A stretch of DNA of 59,526 nucleotides from a virus, in the IMG/VR virus record IMGVR_UViG_3300037511_000322; one strand, given 5' to 3'. A program made the translations under genes and the position numbers. The notes under the pieces are model-generated. The model ran no database searches. It saw nothing but the letters and a program-made list of their open reading frames with translations, and was not told the origin of the DNA. Shown one piece after another: positions 32,216-42,647 of the stretch (position 1 is its first letter; each line of letters opens with the position of its first letter).

Positions 32216-32737
32216 ATGACGGCCATGACCGCGTCCAAGTCCAAAAAGCCGAAGCAGGCTACCTCAGTCGCTGCCTGGAAGAAGAGCTCGGTGCCGGCTC
32301 TCATCGAGATGCCTTCCGGGAACTGCATGCGTATCAAGAAGGTCGGGCTCCAGGCCCTGATCAAGACCGGCATCATGCCGAACTCGCTTCTGGGTATCGC
32401 CGAGGGGGCTGTGAAGAAGGGGAAGAAGGAGGAGGTTACCGAGGCCGAAATGCTCAGCCTCCTCCAGGACCCGAAGAAGGTCGACGACATCGGCAAGTTC
32501 ATGGATGAAGTAGTCATCCTCTGCGCTTTCGAGCCGAAGGTCCACCGCCTGCCCGAGGCTGGTGTGGAGAAGGACGACGAGCTCCTCTACATCGACGAGG
32601 TGGAGGATGAGGACAAGATGTTCATCTTCCAGGTGGTCACCGGGGGTACCACCGACGTAGAAGCCTTTCGTCAGCAAACCGGCACAGCTATGGCTGCTGT
32701 ACGTGGACGCCAAGACGTGGAGCTGCCGGCCGAGTGA
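32216..32737 (+). CDS. tail assembly chaperone (G-like)
   Basis: 173 aa, directly upstream of the tape measure, with an overlapping downstream ORF in the +1 frame. Confidence 0.7.
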   Translation: MTAMTASKSKKPKQATSVAAWKKSSVPALIEMPSGNCMRIKKVGLQALIKTGIMPNSLLGIAEGAVKKGKKEEVTEAEMLSLLQDPKKVDDIGKFMDEVVILCAFEPKVHRLPEAGVEKDDELLYIDEVEDEDKMFIFQVVTGGTTDVEAFRQQTGTAMAAVRGRQDVELPAE

Positions 32738-32957
32738 GCTCCTCAACCTCGAGGATGACTATGTGGCCTATTGCTTGGATCAGGCGGTAGGCCACTTCGG
32801 TAGAGCGCTAGAAGCGGAGTTGGAGAAGGCGGGCTCCGACGCCAAGAACGACGATGAAGCTGAGTGGAAACGACGGAAAGTTCTGGACAGCTTCCTTGGC
32901 GAAGAAGATAAGCCCCAACGCGGCGTGTATGCTGACCCCGCTGCGATGTTCAACTAG
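32661..32957 (+). other. T-like frameshift extension of the tail assembly chaperone (+1/-2 frame)
   Basis: The frame is open from 32661 to 32957 and ends 11 nt before the tape measure start. The frame offset 32703-32216 = 487 = 3n+1. Confidence 0.5.
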
Positions 32958-32968
32958 GAGGCTCAAAC

Positions 32969-35806
32969 ATGGCTGGCTCGCTCGGTACCATATCGGGGCA
33001 AGTTCGCCTCGATGCGGCCCAAGCGCTTGCTGCCTTTGCCGCTCTTCGCACAGCTAGCGCTGCATCTGCCGGGGCTATGGCCACGGCCGGTACTCGGATG
33101 TCTGCCTTTGGCAAGGTTGCCTTGGGCGCGGGTATCGCTATGGTTGCAGCCTTCGGTGTGGCTATCAACGCCGCTGCCGACTTTGAGAAGAAGATGGACT
33201 ACTTCGGTGCCGTGAATAACGCCACGGCCCAGGAGATGGAAGCAGTCCGTCAGAAGGCTCTTGAGCTGGGTCAGACTTCGGCATTCTCAGCAGGTCAGAT
33301 CGCTGACGCCTTTGTTGAGATGGGTAAGGCCGGTGTATCGGTTACTCAGATTACCGGTGGTCTTGCAGAAGCTGTGGTTAACATGGCTCAGGCTGCGGAC
33401 ATCGATCTCACCCAGGCAACCAACATCGTCACCTCTCAGCTCCAGGCTTACTCACTGAGTGCCCAGGATGCAGCTCACGTAACCGACGTTCTTGCCGGTG
33501 CAGCTAACGCCTCTATCGTAGATGTCTCCGACCTGGGCGTGTCGCTGAAGTACGTCGGCGGCGTGGCGCATGCGCTCGGCATCTCATTTGACTCTACCAT
33601 CGACGCTCTGTCACTCCTTGGTAAGGCTGGTATCAAGGGATCGACCGCTGGTACATCTCTTCGACAGATCATGGTCTCCCTCGCCGGTGGTACTCAGAAA
33701 GCCACGGACAAGCTTATAGAACTCGGCATCATCACCAAGGACGGGACTAACCTGTTCTTCGATGCCCACGGTAAGGCTAAGTCACTTGCCGAGATCTTTC
33801 AGATCCTCCAGGACCATACTGCCGGGCTGTCTCAGAAGGAACAGCTCATGGCATTCCGGACGATCTTCAACAACCGAGCTCTCGCCGCAGCTGAGATTCT
33901 GACCAAAGCCGGCGCCAAGGGTTTCGCCGAGATGAACGGCGAGATCAGTAAGACTACGGCTGCCGATGTGGCTGCCAAGCGAATGGACAACCTGTCAGGT
34001 GACGTTAAGAAGCTTCATGCTGCTATCGAAACCCTGATGATCAAGGCGGGTACTCCGTTCCAGAACTTCCTGCGGGGCATAGTTCAGGGCTTGACCCACA
34101 TGATCCAGATGTTTGCTCGACTGCCGGCTGGAGTCCAGACCGGTATCTTGGCATTCATCGGGATAGCGGGTGTTGCTCTGATCTTCATGGGGGCTTTTGC
34201 CCTGGTGGGTGGAACCATTCTGAGGTTCCTGTCGGTCTTCAGATTGACCATCGGGGCTTTCCGGCTGATGGCGGCTACCCTTCGCATCGTTACCGCAGCT
34301 ACCTGGGCTCAGACCACTGCTGCTCTGGCTAACCCCTACGTGCTGATCGCCATGGCGGTCATTGCCCTGATCGTCGGCCTCGTACTGCTCTACAAGCGAT
34401 CCGAGAAGTTCCGCGAGATCATGGATGCGATCGGCCGGGGCATCAAGGTTGGTTTCCTCGCTACGGTCGAGTGGTTCAAGGGCCTGCCCAAGTGGTTCTC
34501 TGGGGTCTGGAAAGACATCACCAACATCTTCAAGCTTGGTGTGGGGTGGGTCAAAAAGAACTGGGATCTGCTACTTACTATCTTCCTCTTCCCCGTAGGC
34601 ATTATCGTCACACTGATCCGTCGATTCGGTGACGATGTCATTGGCTTCTTCAAGGCCATACCGGGGGCAGTGGTTGGCTTTGTAACTGATGCTGCCAAAG
34701 CAGTACTCTCGTTCGTGAAGAACCTTCCCTACTACGTTGGTTACGCCTTCGGTTTCGTACTTGGTACCATAGTCAAATTCGCAATCGGGGCGTACAACTT
34801 GCTGTCCAGCTGGGCAGTAAGTTCATACAATGCAGTAGTCAACTTCTTCCAACAGCTCCCAGGTAGGCTGGCCACTTTCTTTACCCAGCTCTACAATGGC
34901 TTCATCACCTTCACGGTGAACTTCATCAATGCCTTGGTTAGCTGGGTTACCAATGCTTATAACTCTACGGTAACCTGGTTCCAGAAGCTGCCCGGGCGAG
35001 TAGCAGCTTTCCTGGTCGACATGAAGAATCGATCAGTGGCAGCTTGGAATAACTTCCTGTCAGCCAGTCAGACCTGGTTGGTCAACACTTACAACGCAGT
35101 GGTGACCTGGTTCCAGAAACTGCCCGGCAGGGTTGCTGGCTTCGTCATCGATATGAAGAACCGAGCGGTATCCGGCCTCATCTCGATGTACAATGGTGCC
35201 AAATCCTGGGGCTCTAGTATCTATCACGCCGTAGCTGACTGGGTGAGCAAGCTGCCCGGGGCGGTGTGGGGTGCCATCAACAATGCTATCTCTGCCTTCA
35301 AGAGTATGGTTAGCTCGGCTTTCGGGGCTGCTAAAGACTTCGCTCGGGGCCTCTGGGATGGCTTCAAGGATGGTCTTGGCATCAACTCGCCCTCTCTCAT
35401 CGAGAAGCAGATGGTACAGATCACTGCGGTTACTCATGCAGAGACCTCGAAGTTGGTGGGACAGGTCAGGATGATGCAAGGCTTGGCCTCTAACATCGAC
35501 AATATCAACCCGGCTCAGTCCACATCCAGGCTGAATACTACGACGCTGACTCAGCTTACTCGTTCAATGTCTAAGCAAGCTGCTATCCTGAACGCGGCTG
35601 CTACGTCAATGCCCGAGTTGAGTCGAGGGATAACTGCTCGCCCTGCACTCGCTTATGCGGGCGCATCAAGCACGTCGGGGACGGCTCAGGGATTGTCCCC
35701 AGTAACTAAGAACATCAATGTGACGGTCAACAATCCGGTTGCTGAACGCGCATCCGATTCGACCGCACGGAAGCTCAGGCAACTATCCGACATGGGGGCG
35801 CTGTGA
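32969..35806 (+). CDS. tape measure protein
   Basis: 945 aa. Ala/Gly-rich N-terminus, central TM-like segments, and about four tandem repeats of roughly 37 aa (Y-N-x-V-V-x-W-F-Q-K-L-P-G-R-V-A) near 34820..35290. Confidence 0.9.
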   Translation: MAGSLGTISGQVRLDAAQALAAFAALRTASAASAGAMATAGTRMSAFGKVALGAGIAMVAAFGVAINAAADFEKKMDYFGAVNNATAQEMEAVRQKALELGQTSAFSAGQIADAFVEMGKAGVSVTQITGGLAEAVVNMAQAADIDLTQATNIVTSQLQAYSLSAQDAAHVTDVLAGAANASIVDVSDLGVSLKYVGGVAHALGISFDSTIDALSLLGKAGIKGSTAGTSLRQIMVSLAGGTQKATDKLIELGIITKDGTNLFFDAHGKAKSLAEIFQILQDHTAGLSQKEQLMAFRTIFNNRALAAAEILTKAGAKGFAEMNGEISKTTAADVAAKRMDNLSGDVKKLHAAIETLMIKAGTPFQNFLRGIVQGLTHMIQMFARLPAGVQTGILAFIGIAGVALIFMGAFALVGGTILRFLSVFRLTIGAFRLMAATLRIVTAATWAQTTAALANPYVLIAMAVIALIVGLVLLYKRSEKFREIMDAIGRGIKVGFLATVEWFKGLPKWFSGVWKDITNIFKLGVGWVKKNWDLLLTIFLFPVGIIVTLIRRFGDDVIGFFKAIPGAVVGFVTDAAKAVLSFVKNLPYYVGYAFGFVLGTIVKFAIGAYNLLSSWAVSSYNAVVNFFQQLPGRLATFFTQLYNGFITFTVNFINALVSWVTNAYNSTVTWFQKLPGRVAAFLVDMKNRSVAAWNNFLSASQTWLVNTYNAVVTWFQKLPGRVAGFVIDMKNRAVSGLISMYNGAKSWGSSIYHAVADWVSKLPGAVWGAINNAISAFKSMVSSAFGAAKDFARGLWDGFKDGLGINSPSLIEKQMVQITAVTHAETSKLVGQVRMMQGLASNIDNINPAQSTSRLNTTTLTQLTRSMSKQAAILNAAATSMPELSRGITARPALAYAGASSTSGTAQGLSPVTKNINVTVNNPVAERASDSTARKLRQLSDMGAL

Positions 35807-36669
35807 CAGCCACGACTTCCGAGACCCTCAGTGTCAATGGGGTGAATCTGAACACCCTGGCCAAGAATATAACCTCGCTGACTGGGCGTCTTCGGGCGCC
35901 CGCTCTTCGTACTGACAACGTAACTGTACCAGGTCGCCACGGTAGCCTTCGTACTGTGAACAAAAGGTACGAGGAAGGACAGATCGTACTGCCCATGTGG
36001 GTTAGGGGCAATGACGATGATGAGGCTTCAGTAGGCCGGGAAACCTTTTTCACCAACGTCGACACTCTGACCCAACTCTTCCGCCCGGGAGCTGGTCTGC
36101 TGACTGTGCTCCACACACTACCAGACGGTAGTCAGCGTCGGGCCCTGGCAGAGTGTACCGAGGCAATCAACCTGACCATGGTATCGGGAGGGGAGTGGCC
36201 CTACGCTACCTTCTCTGTAGCTCTCAGGGTACCTTCTGTGTTCTGGGAGGATGTTACCGCTACTTCGGTTGACCTGGCATACAACTTCAGCGGCAATGTA
36301 ACTCAGCTTGCCGGCACGACTGCTCCCATCGAGGATGCCATCTACACCATCTCGGGCCCCTGCACCTCATGCACTGTTGAGGCTCGATACGACGGTGGAG
36401 CCATGGATGATCCTCAGTATTTCACTTACAGTGGTACGATAGGTACTGGCCAGACTCTCGTGGTCAACTCCGGTACTTGGAAGCTTACCGGTACCGGGGG
36501 ACTTGTGGTGGATTACACCAAGATGTTCCATACTGGGAGTGCTAGGTTTTTGGAAATTCCGCCTGGCCCGATCGGGGGTTACCCTCAACTCAAGGTCACG
36601 ATGGCTGGAGCAGTAGCCGGTACATCCAAGGTGAACGTTTCCGCTCGACGTAAGTTCTTGGTGGGTTGA
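35803..36669 (+). CDS. distal tail protein (Dit-like)
   Basis: 288 aa, directly after the tape measure, with a GTGA overlap. Confidence 0.65.
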   Translation: MTATTSETLSVNGVNLNTLAKNITSLTGRLRAPALRTDNVTVPGRHGSLRTVNKRYEEGQIVLPMWVRGNDDDEASVGRETFFTNVDTLTQLFRPGAGLLTVLHTLPDGSQRRALAECTEAINLTMVSGGEWPYATFSVALRVPSVFWEDVTATSVDLAYNFSGNVTQLAGTTAPIEDAIYTISGPCTSCTVEARYDGGAMDDPQYFTYSGTIGTGQTLVVNSGTWKLTGTGGLVVDYTKMFHTGSARFLEIPPGPIGGYPQLKVTMAGAVAGTSKVNVSARRKFLVG

Positions 36670-36670
36670 T

Positions 36671-39600
36671 ATGCCTACTGCGCCGATCTTCATGCTGCGT
36701 ACAGTTGCTACCGATGGTAGTCTCGAGCAATTCTTGCCGGACTTTGCGACGCTGGACATGTCGCCTGTCTACTGCGATGCCGGCACTATCCAGTTTAGCT
36801 ACCCTGAGAATGGGGTAAACTTCAGCTTGCTCCAGGAAGACATCGAGATCGCGGTCACCATGAATGGTGTCGAGATCCTTGAGCTTCGTTCCCTGATTGA
36901 GTCCATCGAGGGTGACGATGCCACAGATGCTGAGGGTGGAGCTCTCTGGAAGTTCACAGCTCGCACAGCTGTGGGCAAGCTGGACGATGCCGTGGTCTAC
37001 CCGACCAACTGGTCTTCAGCGGTCAGTGGAGTACTGACTAAGCCCAAGCAGGTCAGTTACTCTGCTAAGAACATGGGGTACATCCTCAATGACCTCTTCA
37101 CCAAGGCCAAGGCTCGTGGAGCTCTCGCTGCCTATACCTGGGACTTCAATGCCTCAGTTGACTCCGAAGGTAACTCCTGGACCTACCAGGTTGACCTGAC
37201 CATCGACATCGGCAAGAGCTACCTCGACCTCATGAAGGAGCTCGCCGAGAACGGCTGGGTAGAGTTCAAGGTCGAGGGCCGCCTGATCCGGGTGTGGGAT
37301 TCGAACAAGATGGGAGTCGACCGATCTGTCGGCCCCAACCCAGTTCATTTTCGGAAGGGCAGGGATGTCCGGGAATCACCCCGAAAGGTCAACACCAAGG
37401 GGCTGAAGACCTATACCCTGGTGAGTGGGGGTGACAACACGGTCTTCCAGGAGATTCATGACCCCTCATCGGTTACCTATGGCCGTCGAGAGTCATACTA
37501 CTCGGCAGGCTCTACTAAGTATCGTTCCATTTGGGGTATTACCTCAACCCTGGCACTGGCGGGAAGCTCGTACCTCAACGGGGTTAGCGATCCCCAGATG
37601 GAGGTTACTCATGGCCTTCACTTTGAGACCGAGGATCAGCCTCGCCCCTACACCAACTTCAACATCGGTGACTGGGCCCTGACGGACGTAGGCGAGGGGG
37701 TAGAGCGCTTCAGGATTCTCCAGTGGGTAATCTCAGTGGCTCAGGACCGAAGTGTCCAGGGTGCCATTGTCATGAACTGGTTGTTCAACAGTCAGCTTAG
37801 CCAGATAAACTCGGCGGTCAATAAGCTGGAGAACGGAACGGTCAACGCGGGTAGTGCTCCAAGAAACGACGGCATTCCGCCCGCTCAGGTGACCGGGGTA
37901 ATTCCAAGCTCTGCTAGCTACTTCGTCAACAACATTCCACGATCGATCCTCACGGTACAGTGGGATGCAGTAACTGAGAATGACGACGGTAGTGAGATCT
38001 TTGACCTGGACTACTACCAGGTTAGCTGGAAGTACACAAGTGACTCTGACTGGCGAGCTACCATCCGAGTCGAGGTCGAAGATGGACAGACTGCCGTCCA
38101 GATCACGAACCTTGATCCGGGTGCTTCGGTACAGGTACGGGTCAGAGCGGCTGACTTCTGGAACAATGCCGGTTCATGGTCTACTACCGTACCCCACACG
38201 CTTGCCGGCGACACCATCGCTCCCGCAAAGCCGGCTGCGCCCAGCGTCACTAGCAATGTAGGCACTCTCCGGGTAGTCTGGTCGGGCCTCGACTCGACCG
38301 GTTCGGCGATGCCGGCTGACCTCGCAGGTGTGGAAGTTCATGTCTCTACCTCGGACTTCACGCCTTCTTCGGGGACTAAGAAAGATGTTCTGCCCCCAGG
38401 AGTACTGTCCACTACTATCACTCAGGGCCTGACCTACGGTACTGAGTACTGGGTCAAGCTGATCGCTTTTGACACCACCGGTAATCGTAGTCCCGCCTCG
38501 GATACTACTTCGACTAGCCACGTCGTGCTGAAGCAGGTAGTCTCGACTGAGATAGGTACCGGCCAGGTAGGTCTCGCACAGACAACCTTTAGTGACGTCG
38601 GTAACCTGATCGACGATGGTACTTTCGAGAACTCGGATGTCAGGTCAGCTCGAACCACGCTGATTAGTACCCAGCACCTGACCTTCGACAATGCCACATC
38701 ATCCAATGGCAACTGGTCTCTGCGCAGTGATGCCTGGGCGGGCTCGTCAAATGAATCGATACTGCTTCAGGGAAGCCTTCCGGTCAAGCCTGGGGAGCGA
38801 GTGTTTGGCGCTGCCGACTATCGCCAAACGAGTGATGTGCCTAGCGGGTCCTTGCTGACCCTGGCTATTAAGTGGGTTAACAAGTCGGGTCAGTACATAG
38901 ACAACACGGGTGCGGTCAGTAACGTCTTCTATACTCTGACCGACAGCGGCTTTGCAGCTAAGGACAACATCTGGCATAGCCGAGTCACGAACGTCTCTCA
39001 AACAGCCCCGACGAATGTGGTTAACGCTGAGATATGGTTGATCACCCAGAACCGTACCGCCGGTACTATCTGGATCGATGCACTGGAGGTCAGGCGTCAG
39101 GTCGACACCCTGCTGATTCAGCAGGCAGCTATCACCAATGCTCTCATCGCCGATTTGGCGGTCAACAACGCTAAGATCGCTGACGTTAGTGCTGGTAAGC
39201 TGACGGTGGGTACTCTGACCGCAGACATCACCTTGTCAGCTAGGATCAAGACGGCAAACACCGGTGCTAGAGCAGAGCTAAACTCCGGGGGCTTCGGTCT
39301 TTGGAATGCCGCTGGTACTCAAACTGTGGCTTTCGCAGGTGCGGATGGCTCAGTTAGCATCATCGGTCAGTTGAAGTCTGGTACTTCCGGCAAGCGGATC
39401 GAGATCAACCCCACTAGTGCATATCTGCCGGAGATCAGGTTCTACCCTTCGACGGGTACCGAATACGCCGGCATGAATGCTTACGAGGTTAGTGGAGAAG
39501 TAGGCACTGGTGTATTCAGCAGTAACTATGACTCTAGTGGGACTCAGGTACAGTCACGAGTTCTGATGACTAACGGGGGAGCCTACCTTCAAGTAATCCG

Positions 39601-40063
39601 TGCTAGTGACCAGTCGACCTGGGGAGGCTATGTTTGGGCTGCTAAAGACGGTCTCCTCGCCGGCTATAGTACTGGAGCAACTGGTACTGGCGGCTTTGCC
39701 ACCATGAATGACTCAGATCTTCGCATCGGGTGGAAAGAAAGTGATCTGTCAGTCGGCCAGTTCTTCAATATGTCATCGAACAAGACTTACCACATCGGAA
39801 AGTGGGAGAATTATTCCGTAGCCGACCCCAGCCAGGGGTTGTACACGGGCAGCGTCTTGGTGGGTGCTTCGGTGGCTATAATACTTACCTACGGAGCAAC
39901 CATGATGAGTGCTCCCGCTCCGGTGGTAACCTGCGTGGCTAGCAACTTCGGCAGTGCAACTCCCACAGTATGGGGAATCCAATCCCAGACTACCACTAAC
40001 TTTACAGTAGCCTGGAACAATACTCAGGGCATGCGGGTCAACTTCTGGTGCTTTAGGATCTAG
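36671..40063 (+). CDS. tail-associated (Tal-like) minor tail protein with FN3 repeats
   Basis: 1130 aa after Dit. Two FN3-like segments (...LTVQWDAVTENDD...VRVRAADFWNNAGSWS and ...LRVVWSGLD...IAFDTTGNRSPAS). Confidence 0.7.
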   Translation: MPTAPIFMLRTVATDGSLEQFLPDFATLDMSPVYCDAGTIQFSYPENGVNFSLLQEDIEIAVTMNGVEILELRSLIESIEGDDATDAEGGALWKFTARTAVGKLDDAVVYPTNWSSAVSGVLTKPKQVSYSAKNMGYILNDLFTKAKARGALAAYTWDFNASVDSEGNSWTYQVDLTIDIGKSYLDLMKELAENGWVEFKVEGRLIRVWDSNKMGVDRSVGPNPVHFRKGRDVRESPRKVNTKGLKTYTLVSGGDNTVFQEIHDPSSVTYGRRESYYSAGSTKYRSIWGITSTLALAGSSYLNGVSDPQMEVTHGLHFETEDQPRPYTNFNIGDWALTDVGEGVERFRILQWVISVAQDRSVQGAIVMNWLFNSQLSQINSAVNKLENGTVNAGSAPRNDGIPPAQVTGVIPSSASYFVNNIPRSILTVQWDAVTENDDGSEIFDLDYYQVSWKYTSDSDWRATIRVEVEDGQTAVQITNLDPGASVQVRVRAADFWNNAGSWSTTVPHTLAGDTIAPAKPAAPSVTSNVGTLRVVWSGLDSTGSAMPADLAGVEVHVSTSDFTPSSGTKKDVLPPGVLSTTITQGLTYGTEYWVKLIAFDTTGNRSPASDTTSTSHVVLKQVVSTEIGTGQVGLAQTTFSDVGNLIDDGTFENSDVRSARTTLISTQHLTFDNATSSNGNWSLRSDAWAGSSNESILLQGSLPVKPGERVFGAADYRQTSDVPSGSLLTLAIKWVNKSGQYIDNTGAVSNVFYTLTDSGFAAKDNIWHSRVTNVSQTAPTNVVNAEIWLITQNRTAGTIWIDALEVRRQVDTLLIQQAAITNALIADLAVNNAKIADVSAGKLTVGTLTADITLSARIKTANTGARAELNSGGFGLWNAAGTQTVAFAGADGSVSIIGQLKSGTSGKRIEINPTSAYLPEIRFYPSTGTEYAGMNAYEVSGEVGTGVFSSNYDSSGTQVQSRVLMTNGGAYLQVIRASDQSTWGGYVWAAKDGLLAGYSTGATGTGGFATMNDSDLRIGWKESDLSVGQFFNMSSNKTYHIGKWENYSVADPSQGLYTGSVLVGASVAIILTYGATMMSAPAPVVTCVASNFGSATPTVWGIQSQTTTNFTVAWNNTQGMRVNFWCFRI

Positions 40064-40071
40064 GCGGGATA

Positions 40072-40626
40072 ATGGCTGAGAAGTGGGATGTAGAAGAAGT
40101 TCAGGAGATCCAGGTCGGTGAAACACCTTGCTGGCAAGTAGCTATGATACGGCCCGATGGCAACAGAGTCCTACACCTGATGCCCCGGGCGGTATTTGAC
40201 GTACGCGCTGCGGAGTATGGTGTGGATCCAACCGATACGGATACTCTGCTTACCCTCGTGCTACATGAGCCGTTTATGCCCATGGTCGATGACCCGGTTA
40301 CCGGGCCTCGTTATGAGGATGACGGGGTAATACTGAAGAATGCCTCGAGCACCAGCCAGGCCCTACAGGCCCACTTGGCTCGGGTAAACAAGGCGAATGT
40401 CAGTCTTGAGGTCAAGAACAACAAGGCTTTGGACACCATCCGACGAGGCTACACCCCTAACCAGGCGCGTATACAGCGAGTCAGGGAGCAGGTGGATGTA
40501 CTGAGGTGGATTCATCAATATGGATCTTTGCCTACGACCTCAGCTCCTGAGAAAGCCTCTGCTGCCGAGAAGTTGGGTAATGCCCTGGGCATCAAGGTAA
40601 ACATTCCTAAGCTATCACGGGAATGA
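40072..40626 (+). CDS. hypothetical protein (184 aa)
   Basis: ORF after Tal. Confidence 0.55.
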   Translation: MAEKWDVEEVQEIQVGETPCWQVAMIRPDGNRVLHLMPRAVFDVRAAEYGVDPTDTDTLLTLVLHEPFMPMVDDPVTGPRYEDDGVILKNASSTSQALQAHLARVNKANVSLEVKNNKALDTIRRGYTPNQARIQRVREQVDVLRWIHQYGSLPTTSAPEKASAAEKLGNALGIKVNIPKLSRE

Positions 40627-40703
40627 GCATTTGAGCAAGGGGAGTCGAAAGTTGAGCGACAGTTGATATCATACGCTGTCGGATCAAACCTTTGAGGAAT
40701 GCC

Positions 40704-40928
40704 ATGGACATCCAAGTAGACCCGAACCTGGTCAATCAGGCATATCGCCAGATACTCAGGGACGTCCAGTCTAGTCTCCAGGAGCAGCTGGTGCTGTACA
40801 CCGCAGTTGCCAACCAGCAGCAAGCTGAGATCGATCGACTGAGGGAGGAGAATGAAGAGCTCAAGCTCGCCAACAAGGACCTGATGGCCCAGTCAGGTCG
40901 GCAGGACGGGATTCCGCAGGGGTCGTGA
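40704..40928 (+). CDS. coiled-coil protein (74 aa)
   Basis: Start 5 nt after GAGGA. QQQAEIDRLREENEELKLANKDL. Confidence 0.5.
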   Translation: MDIQVDPNLVNQAYRQILRDVQSSLQEQLVLYTAVANQQQAEIDRLREENEELKLANKDLMAQSGRQDGIPQGS

Positions 40929-40967
40929 TCTGCTTAACTGAAGTAGGGCAGGGTTAAAGGGGAAACC

Positions 40968-41255
40968 ATGGATGTAACAACCCTGCCGATCGCGCCGATC
41001 GGGGCAACAGGGATTCTAGCAGTTGCCATCCTGATGCTCCTCCGGGGGACACTTATTCCGCGTTCGGTTCACGAGGATCGAATGAGGGACAAGGACACAA
41101 CCATTGATTACCTCAGGGCTGTAAACTCGGAGCTACTGTCACAGAACACGGCTCTGATGACAGTCGGGCATACGACGGAACGAGTCCTTATGAGTCTCCA
41201 GGAAGCTGCCTCCGGTAGCGAAGAGGAGGGGCATCGTGAAGTGGCCTCTCCTTAG
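40968..41255 (+). CDS. single-TM membrane protein (95 aa)
   Basis: TM segment IGATGILAVAILMLL. Lies upstream of the endolysin. Confidence 0.55.
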   Translation: MDVTTLPIAPIGATGILAVAILMLLRGTLIPRSVHEDRMRDKDTTIDYLRAVNSELLSQNTALMTVGHTTERVLMSLQEAASGSEEEGHREVASP

Positions 41256-41439
41256 GAAGCGGGTGAAACTTGAGAAGTCAGATACCAAGCTTGAAGTCCG
41301 TCAAGCTCAGCGAGAACTCAAGCACGTGCTCTCGAGGCGATCAGAAGTTAACGGCTTGGTAAATCGGCTGGAAGTTCTGAATCAGCAAAACCATTACTCC
41401 CAGCTGATAAACAAAGCCATGCAAGGAGGCAGAGAATGA
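41236..41439 (+). CDS. small basic protein (67 aa)
   Basis: GTG start 5 nt after AGAGGAGGG. Confidence 0.45.
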   Translation: MKWPLLRKRVKLEKSDTKLEVRQAQRELKHVLSRRSEVNGLVNRLEVLNQQNHYSQLINKAMQGGRE

Positions 41440-41750
41440 CCGGAGGCCAGGTAGCGAACGGCTTGGGGAGCGCCGCCGCGATGGTTACCAGTGCGGTTTT
41501 CATACTCACCTGGACTGCGGTAGGCAGATGGTGGAAGACCTGGACTGGCCGGTTCATGATCTTGAAGGCTGGAGCTATCAGCTTCACCGGCATAATCACG
41601 GTATGGCTTACTCTCGTTGACTTCGCTTCCAACTGGGACCCCTTGAGGTACATCCAGGCAGGCCTCTGGTTCACAGTCTCAGTGGCATTCATGCACCACA
41701 CTCGTCAGGTGTGGAAGATCAATCGTACAAAGGGGAAGGGTCATGAGTAA
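41436..41750 (+). CDS. multi-TM membrane protein (holin-like candidate)
   Basis: 104 aa with 3-4 hydrophobic segments. ATGA overlap with the upstream gene. Immediately upstream of the endolysin. Confidence 0.5.
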   Translation: MTGGQVANGLGSAAAMVTSAVFILTWTAVGRWWKTWTGRFMILKAGAISFTGIITVWLTLVDFASNWDPLRYIQAGLWFTVSVAFMHHTRQVWKINRTKGKGHE

Positions 41751-42639
41751 GACAGGGCCTCAGCGCTACCCGGGTGCTTCAGTATCCGAGTGGTTCCAGG
41801 ACAAGTTCGGTGGCGACAAGATGGAGGTGAACGTAATCTGCCTCCACACCACCGAGGGCACTTCGCTGCCCGACTACAACGGCGGATCGATCGCCCCGAA
41901 CCTCACGGCGGTGCCGGACTTCCGCAACAAGCGGCTCAGGTGGTACCAGCACTTCGACATCGAGACCTCTTCCCGGGCTCTCCAAAACCTCCGCGGCGGC
42001 GTCGAGACGAATACCCTGAACGTGTCCCAGGTCGAGCTCGTCGGCACCTGCGACCCGGCCACCCACAAGCGCTGGCTCCGAGCCGGGGTCGCCCACATCT
42101 ACTGGTCAGAAGCTCCGGACTGGGCTCTTCACGACCTTGCCGAGTTCCTCGCCTGGATGCACACCAACCACGGCGTCCCGCTCACCGGCCCCGCCAAGTG
42201 GCCGACCTACCCGACCTCCTACGCCAATGAGGGCGGCCAGCGGCTCACCTTCGACCAGTGGAATGACTTCAAGGGCGTGTGCGGCCACATGCACGTTCCT
42301 GAGAACACCCACGGCGACCCCGGCTCCATCAAGTTCCCTCAGATCATCAGCCTGGCAAAGATCATTGCCGGCACCTCTGAAACCCCCAAGAGGTACGAAC
42401 CGTTCCCCGGCGAGGCCTGGTTCAAGAAGAAGCCCAACTCTCGGGTTATCACTGCCATGGGCAAGCGACTGATCGAGCTGGGCTACAAGGGCTACAAGGT
42501 GGGCCCGGGCTCTCAGTGGACCGAGGCCGATCGTCAGGCCTATGCCTGGTGGCAGCGCAAGCTCGGCTACTCTGGTGCCGACGCCGATGGCTGGCCTGGT
42601 AAGGATTCCTGGGACAAGCTGAAGGTCCCCAACGTCTGA
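41743..42639 (+). CDS. endolysin: N-acetylmuramoyl-L-alanine amidase (Amidase_2/PGRP-like) with a possible C-terminal cell-wall-binding domain
   Basis: ICLHTTEG...NVSQVELVG...CGHMHVPENTHGDPG matches amidase_2. The C-terminal binding-domain call (GYSGADADGWPGKDSWDKL) rests on recalled, uncertain resemblance. Confidence 0.8.
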   Translation: MSKTGPQRYPGASVSEWFQDKFGGDKMEVNVICLHTTEGTSLPDYNGGSIAPNLTAVPDFRNKRLRWYQHFDIETSSRALQNLRGGVETNTLNVSQVELVGTCDPATHKRWLRAGVAHIYWSEAPDWALHDLAEFLAWMHTNHGVPLTGPAKWPTYPTSYANEGGQRLTFDQWNDFKGVCGHMHVPENTHGDPGSIKFPQIISLAKIIAGTSETPKRYEPFPGEAWFKKKPNSRVITAMGKRLIELGYKGYKVGPGSQWTEADRQAYAWWQRKLGYSGADADGWPGKDSWDKLKVPNV

Positions 42640-42647
42640 GGAGAACC

